Below, piece after piece: positions 57,066 through 64,000 of a stretch of DNA of 64,000 bases (positions are counted from its first letter, which is position 1; each line of letters starts with the position of its first letter). Where the stretch lies: assembly GCA_951406725.2 (NCBI GenBank), contig OX597815.1, positions 97,154,001 through 97,218,000 of the forward strand, written 5' to 3'. This DNA is from Octopus vulgaris. Taxonomy: Eukaryota. The notes under the pieces were generated by a model, which was given only the letters and a program-made list of their open reading frames with translations, was not told the origin of the DNA and searched no databases. The translations under genes were made by a program, and so were the position numbers.

Positions 57066-57765
57066 TATAGATAATGGATATAGATATATAGCGAAATTCT
57101 TCTTACATAATTTTCCCTTTCCTAAATTCAGTTACACACACTGATAGTTAAGGGTACGGTTTTCGTACAGTGGCATGCAGTGAGAAAACTAATTTATATG
57201 TGAAAAGATTTCATATAGCGAATCACTTAAAATACTGATCAGCCAAAATAAAGGAAAAATTTGAAAAAATTCATATGCTTAATATAACGTAAATCAAACC
57301 TTCGGAAAAAATAAAAACACGAAAATACATTAAAAAATCAAGATATAAAAAAGAGAAAAGCACCAAAGACTTGGAAAATATTGGTGTGACAATTGTCATT
57401 CACAATGGGACATAATTTCTTTGGGTGTATTATTGAAAGACGTGGAAATGCCTGGTCTAGTAACTACAGAGTTGCAGAGTTTAGTTCCCGGAATGGGTAG
57501 TGCGTAGAGTTTTAGAACAAAAATACTTCACTTCATGTTGCAGTTGGGAGAATGGCAGATTTGATTGACACTTTAGAGTATATCTTCCGGCGTCATGCAT
57601 TCAGAAATCAGTTACCATCCTTGGAGAAGTCAAAGGGAAACCTTTGACTGATCTTAGATATTTTTGTGTTGTATATATATAAACATGCATGCAAACATAG
57701 ATACATACATACATATATATATACACAACAATATATACATATATATGCATGTATGTATGCATATT

Positions 57766-57854
<89 letters not shown>

Positions 57855-58573
57855 AAAAGAAAAATAATGATTTCACTGGGAGATCTAATCGGTGTAAGTT
57901 ATCAGTGTTTCAATTTTTTAAATTAATACAAATTTTAGTTCATAGATCTAGTGAGATTTTGTTAACATGTTTGTGGAGATGAAAGGAAGTAGTGAATGGT
58001 CAACACAAGACAATTTATGATTCACTACTTTCTTTCAGCTATCATTCATCAGTAGTCTTTCCCCCACACACTGATTAACAAAACCGAACCCCACCTCAGA
58101 CCAAACGCACCTAAATTCCATATATGGAATCTCAAGTCCCCGAAATCCTCAGATCTGTTTGAAAAGAAATGCGAGAAAGTTCTCCAAAGAAGTTAATAGG
58201 AATTATTTTCAAATGATTCTCCACACCCAAGTTAACAAAGAACATAATAGATCTATGAACTAAAATTTATATTATTCAAAACTTTAAAATGATAAATTAA
58301 ACTGATAAGAACTACTAGTGAAGTCATTCTTTCGTTTTACAAATATACCCAACTGTACCAAGGATCTCACACATTTTCCAGTATATATACATACATACAT
58401 ATATATATATATATGTGTGTGAGAGAGTGTGTGTGTGTGTGTGTATTATATATATATATATGCTTGTAGATATTTTGAACATTTCTAGTTTTTGTATCTC
58501 TTTGTATACATCCACATATATCGACATGTGTGCATTGATGTAGGCATATTTACATTCACACACACACACACAC

Positions 58574-58608
<35 letters not shown>

Positions 58609-58616
<8 letters not shown>

Positions 58617-58848
58617 AAGTATTAATTTATAAAAATATGGTAAAGTAAAAAAATTCACATCTGTGATCTTTCATTGTTTTTCCCTTATACCTATGTGAGT
58701 TATTTTCTGAGTACGCATTGTCTGGAGACTTTTACTTGCAGTTGAATATATAGCCAAATTTTTGGCTGCTATTTCTGAAAAGTTCGGTGTGCGGTAAAGT
58801 GAATTTTTTTACTTTACCATATTTTTATAAATTAATACTTCAAATATA
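58609..58848. repeat. Perfect 50-bp inverted repeat with 140-bp spacer inside a (TA)n-bounded insert (to ~58930)
   Basis: TATATTTGAAGTATTAATTTATAAAAATATGGTAAAGTAAAAAAATTCAC (58609-58658) is the exact reverse complement of 58799-58848. Confidence 0.95.
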
Positions 58849-58926
58849 CCGTAAATGGTCCTTTTACATACCGAATACTACTTGGTCGAATTGATTAACA
58901 ATTAATTAATTCTACCCTTTTTTACT

Positions 58927-58965
<39 letters not shown>

Positions 58966-59187
58966 TATGATGGGTGTTTATTTAACAGGTGATCTAATCA
59001 ATTAGGTACGCTAGGTAAGTGTTGTAACGGATTACTGGGGCCCCAAGATTATAGCTAAGGCGGTAGTTATGGTGCTATTGCAGGTTTCCGATGCAGCGGA
59101 TATATAATTGTTAAACAGGACAGCAAACATTAAGGGAAGGCAAACATCTCAAGTCGTATACAATAGTATTATAGTAAGAAATTCAAA

Positions 59188-59243
59188 ATCGTACAGCTGT
59201 TGGTGGGATATCCCTGAGTATGGGATATTCCAACATCACAGAC
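59188..59243 (-). ncRNA. Inactivated hammerhead motif homologous to 2936-2987
   Basis: Minus strand reads gtct-GTGATGT-tggaatatccc[atactca]gggatatccca-CCAA-cagctg-TA-cgat. Same GTCT stem I, GGATAT stem II and CAGCTG stem III, with both catalytic boxes mutated. Confidence 0.55.
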
Positions 59244-60102
59244 AAATAGGGAAAAAATATGGAAAATGAGAATGGTATATATATATATCAATAAGATAAC
59301 GACATAGAAGAAGGGAGAAAAAAGAATAAGGAGAAGGAAAGAAAGAAGAAAAAAACATAAAAGTTCATAGTTCAACTTTCCGAAGTTATAGCAACCAAAG
59401 CATGAGTCCTTAGATAAAATCCTGCGTAGATCCATGAGCGTTAATCCGTAGGTGCAATCCTGCGTATATCCATGTGGATTAAAATCCTGATATAGCAGAC
59501 ATCCCAAGAAAAAAAGACGCGAGCATATCAACGTTCAATAGCAGAATGGTAGCGGAGGCGGCTATTGAGTGTTAAAAGTAAAGAGAAAAAAAATAAATAG
59601 AATGAGAGTTAGATAGTGAGGGAGAGGGGATTTTAAGGATTGGCTATAGGATAAAGTTGCATGTATGGTGTTTAAGAATTGTGTACGGGGTAGCCAAGAA
59701 GATAAGAGAGAGAATGAGGAGGTTGAGGTCAGTGGCTATAGAGTTATTTTTAGCAATGGGTTATGAGAACGTAGGTAGTCGAGAAAGGAAGAGCTAGTTG
59801 AATGGTAACTTATGAGTGGGAGTTAGTGTAAGAGGGTTTGTATTATGGGATTTATTGGGTTAAGGCTTAAAAATAAATTAAAGAATTAATATTTATCTCA
59901 TAAAAATATAATCATATACATATATATGTACACACACATATATATGTATATATATACATATATATATGCGTGTGTGTGTACATATATATATATATATACA
60001 TACACACCTATGTATATACATATATATATATATATATGTGTGTGTGTGTATATGTGTCTGTATGTGTGTGCGTGTGTGTGTGTGTATACATATACATTTA
60101 TA

Positions 60103-61170
60103 CACATGTATGTTTGTACAGTTCTATATTTGAGAGATGTGGAATTATGTACATTATTTACATATGACGGAAATTTGTCCTCCCCATATCTTTTCGTATC
60201 TTTTCGGAAATACATAAGATTGACAGACTTTTTGTTAGTTTATAGTTTATGTCCTCTCTTCTCTTCATAATTGGAGTGGATAGTATGTTTTCGGGATAGT
60301 TGTTGCTTAACGGACTGTTACTTAGCTTGATCATTTCTTCATGGTTTGTATCAAGATCGCTACTTATTATCTTTAGTCGATGTTTTAGGCACTCTATTTA
60401 CACTGTATGTGTGGTAGGAATTGAAGTTGAGGTATCGTCCAGTGATGCTTGGCTTGCGGTATACGGATGTCCTGAATTCATCCTTGTTGTGTGTTATTAA
60501 TACGTCCAGGAATGCTAACTGATTGTCTTTTTCCTTTCCATTGTGAAATGTATGGATGGCTTTATTCAGTTCACTTGATCGTCTTCCAAGTGGGGTCAGA
60601 GTATACAGGTGTCATCAACATATCGCAGCCATAATGTTGGTTTTATTGCTGTTGATCCCAACGTGAAATTCTCAAAGTATTCAATGTTTATATTGGCTAT
60701 AATCGGTGATAATGGCGAGCCCATAGCTAAACACGCTGTATGTCGATATAAATCAGTGTCCATTTTGAAGTAGGTAGTTTCTACACAAAAAGTCAACATA
60801 TCCATCAAGTTTCCTATTGATATACTAGTACGTTCTTTTAGATAGGTGTCTGTCACCAGTATTTCTTGAATCACCGATAGTACTTAATCGTTGGAACTTT
60901 GGTGAACACAGCTAGACTTACTAACTGGTTGGATCCAGTGGATGTATCCTTGATCAGTTCTGTGAAGTGGATTGGATTCTTCACAAATGATGTTTATTTT
61001 CCTGCTAATGGAGTGGTTATATCCTCAAGAAGCGGCTCAGTGGATGACATGATGAACCTCTACAGCTCACTATAGGTCTTAATGGAATACCAGTCTTTTA
61101 AGTCTTAAGGAGACCGTACATGTGCGGTAGCTTAATGTAGTTTTGAGCCAATTGTATGTACTTCATCGGT
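60103..61170 (-). mobile_element. Penelope/Poseidon-type PLE, decayed RT half, capped by an 80-bp copy of the element 3' terminus
   Basis: KLPHMYGLLKT*KTGIPLRPIVSCRGS; FCVETTYF..LAMGSPLSPIIANINIEYFE..WLRYVDDTCIL. 60103-60182 is an inverted copy of 61607-61686. Confidence 0.9.
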
Positions 61171-61180
61171 ACAAAGTGAT

Positions 61181-61686
61181 TCACCAATAGAATAGAATAT
61201 GACCAAGGACTGCTTGTACTCCATCCCATGGAGCTGTGGTAGGTTATACAATGGTTAGACACATGCCACCCCGCTCAAAATAAGGGTAGAGGAACATCGC
61301 AAAACTGTGATACGAAGAGATTATTGATAAATCGGGTATAATTGATCATGTATGGAAAAACGGAGACCACCACCCCTCTGTGATGAAGTTAAAATATCAG
61401 ACAGAAAACACCACTGGAAAATACGAAAAGAAGCAGCACATATGTTAGAACATAATAACTTCCTAAGCAGACCTAGTGCAGATATGAGTAGCATATGGGA
61501 ACCAGTATTAAGGAAGGAGAGCACAAATTTCGCAATCCTCCAGAACACCTGATGAAGGCTGGAGGGTACATCATATACGAAATGTTGTGTTAATAAGAAA
61601 CAAATTGAGGACAAATATCCATCAGATGTAAATAATGTACATAATTCCTCATCTCTCAAATGAAGAACCGTACAAACATACATGTG
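61181..61686 (+). mobile_element. Penelope/Poseidon-type PLE, GIY-YIG half plus HHR and 3' terminus
   Basis: NMTKDCLYSIPWSCGRLYNG*T..LKIRVEEHRK..DKSGIIDHVWKNGDH..DEVKISDRKHHWKIRKEAAHMLEHNNFLSRPS. Confidence 0.85.
61544..61591 (+). ncRNA. Hammerhead ribozyme motif at the end of the PLE ORF (stem II decayed)
   Basis: aacac-CTGATGA-aggctggagggtacatcatatac-GAAA-tg-TT-gtgtt. Perfect 5-bp stem I and intact boxes; the ORF stop TGA lies inside the CTGATGA box. Confidence 0.65.
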
Positions 61687-61813
61687 CATTTAATGCGTAT
61701 GCATGCATGTATATATATATGTGTGCGTCTATAAAAAACATATATATATATATGTGTGTGTGTCTATCAAAAACATATATATGTGTGTATATATATATTC
61801 TTTCTTTTTTCTA

Positions 61814-61951
61814 TTCTTTTACTTGTTTCAGTCATTTGACTGCGGCCATGCTGGAGCACCGCCTTTAGTCGAGCAAATCGACCCCGGGACTTATTCTTTG
61901 TAAGCCCAGTACTTATTCTATCGGTCTCTTTTGCCGAACCGCTAAGTGACG
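61814..61951 (-). mobile_element. SINE 3' portion, well preserved
   Basis: TTGTTTCAGTCATTTGACTGCGGCCATGCTGGAGCACCGCCTTTAGTCGAGCAAATCGACCCCGGGACTTATTCTTTGTAAGCCCAGTACTTATTC is shared with 8097-8290. Confidence 0.8.
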
Positions 61952-62859
61952 TATATATGTATATATGTATATGATTATATTTATATGTTTATGAGATAAA
62001 TATTATTTCTTTAATTTATCCTTAATATTTTTTTAAACCTTAACCCAAGAAAAAAAGTATGTTTTTGCGTGATGTTTTGGTACATGCATATAGTATATAT
62101 GTATCTAAGTATGTGTATATATATATATATATATATATAACACATACATAGATACATATATACGACATGCATATACCACGACATCATGCACAAACATACA
62201 TTATATATATATATCGCACTTCGCTCATTCCACTCTTCGTTCTTTCGTTCCGTCTCCCTCACATTTCCTGGCCTTTTCTTCATGCTCACTTTCCCTCCTC
62301 TTTCACTTCGCTCTATCCCTTTTATTTTTTTTTTTCGCCCCTCCTCAATTCTTCTATCCCTTCTAACCTTTCTCTTTTCTCTCCCCACGTCACAGATGTT
62401 CAGCAAAGCCTGACCTTTCTTTCTTGGTTAGACTAACACCCATGCAACATTCATATTCGTCCCCGTTCCTGTCAAATTACATGTCCCTGCCGTAAGGAAC
62501 ATGTGATTCCACACACGCCCGCTTTAATTTAATTCGTCCTTAAGCGAAAAGCACCTGTTGTTATGCTCTGTTATTTGTATTTGTATTTGTATAACATTTC
62601 TACTTTTTCTTTTCGTCCTTGTTTTCGTATACATTCGCTGATTTCTTCCAAGGAATCTAATGCTCTTAGCTTAGTTTTTCCTTGGGGCTGGCTAGATGGG
62701 AGCCATCTCGTGTATAACTAGCCGAAATTGCAAATATAATCTGGAACTCGACTGAGCATAGAAAACGCCGAATGACCCGTCCATGTTTTCTTTATATCGT
62801 CCGTCTGGATGTTTTGTTGTCCCTTTTTGTATTACACACACACAGACACATACTCACAA

Positions 62860-62897
<38 letters not shown>

Positions 62898-63649
62898 GTG
62901 TCTATTCAGTTATCTCACACTCTCTCGATTTGCTTTTATTCTATTTCTCGACGCCATCTAATGTGTAAACATTTTTAGCTTTTACGTTCTTTTAAGATCA
63001 CAACTCTGACGAAGCTGTAAATATTTTTTAACACATTACAAAACCTTTAAACTACGAATTGTAGGTATTTGACAAGTTTCAGAAAAACTGTTATTTCTTT
63101 CCATCTCATCACCACTTCTATAATCACAACAACCCTGGAAGAACCACCAGTTATCAATGACTGTGTTATTTGAATGTAATCCAATATATTGATTTAATGC
63201 TTCGTAAATTCCAAGACTACTCAGACTAATGTCCTGAGATTTTTCACTAACATTTGTAATTCATGGTTAGTTTTGATGCTCTTGTGAATTGCTATGCGTT
63301 TAAGAAGTATTGATTTTTAGTCTTTCACATTATTACTACAAGGCCACGAATTTGTAGGAGAGAATTGTAGTCAATTCAAATGATTCTATTATATGATTGA
63401 CACTAATTTTATATCTAGAGCCCACCCAACTAACAAAAAAACAAAAGAAAAGAAAGTAAACTAAACCACACCGAGAATTGAAGGAGCCAGAAAAATAAAT
63501 CTGGGAAAGTAGATTCTGTAAAGTAGTAACAAAGGTAATGTAGCATTTTAAGTTTTATGTCTTTTAGTTGACTTTCTCACTAGAATTTATTTCGTTTTAA
63601 ATTTTGTATGAAATCATTACAGATAATCATATGCAAACGCATCAAAGTA

Positions 63650-63689
<40 letters not shown>

Positions 63690-63777
63690 GCACACACACA
63701 AACACACAAACAAACAGCTTTTATATACACAAATTTCTCTCTCTCCTTCCTTTTCTCTTTCTCTTCCGTTCTCTCTT

Positions 63778-63814
<37 letters not shown>

Positions 63815-63954
63815 ATGCGTGTGTGTGTGAGTGCGTGTGTGTGTGATTGTGTGTGTGTGTATGTATGAGTGCGTGTGTGTGAGTGTGTGTGTGTATACAT
63901 ATACATATATATGGTATATTCGGTTAAGAACGTAGTGCAGCACAGTATAAAGTG

Positions 63955-64000
<46 letters not shown>
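63650..64000. repeat. Compound (CA)n/(GT)n/(TA)n microsatellite region
   Basis: Direct inspection. Confidence 0.9.

Noticed and set aside
58021-58057. Minus-strand CTGATGA...GAAA...GTA
   Set aside because: No stem II or III pairing and the stem I register is wrong.

Overview
AT-rich, microsatellite-saturated animal DNA. The (TA)n/(CA)n/(TATC)n load and the SINE families look like Octopus (inference from repeat style, not proven). No host protein-coding exon, rRNA, functional tRNA or CRISPR array is recognisable, and most ORFs in the supplied track are microsatellite read-throughs. The window is a transposon graveyard. It holds four Penelope-like retroelement (PLE) copies or fragments with RT and/or GIY-YIG, a CR1-like LINE, an R4/Dong-like fragment ending in a (TAA)n tract, two mariner remnants, MITEs, a Helitron-like element and about nine SINE copies. 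The most notable signal is non-coding: eight minimal type I hammerhead ribozyme (HHR) motifs of varying preservation, plus two weak remnants. Most lie in PLE terminal repeats or in short non-coding units bounded by TA microsatellites. One nearly intact HHR is preceded by a perfect antisense copy of its own 3' half, and two unrelated HHRs carry a CCGA rather than CUGA core. All structures were read by eye and no searches were run.
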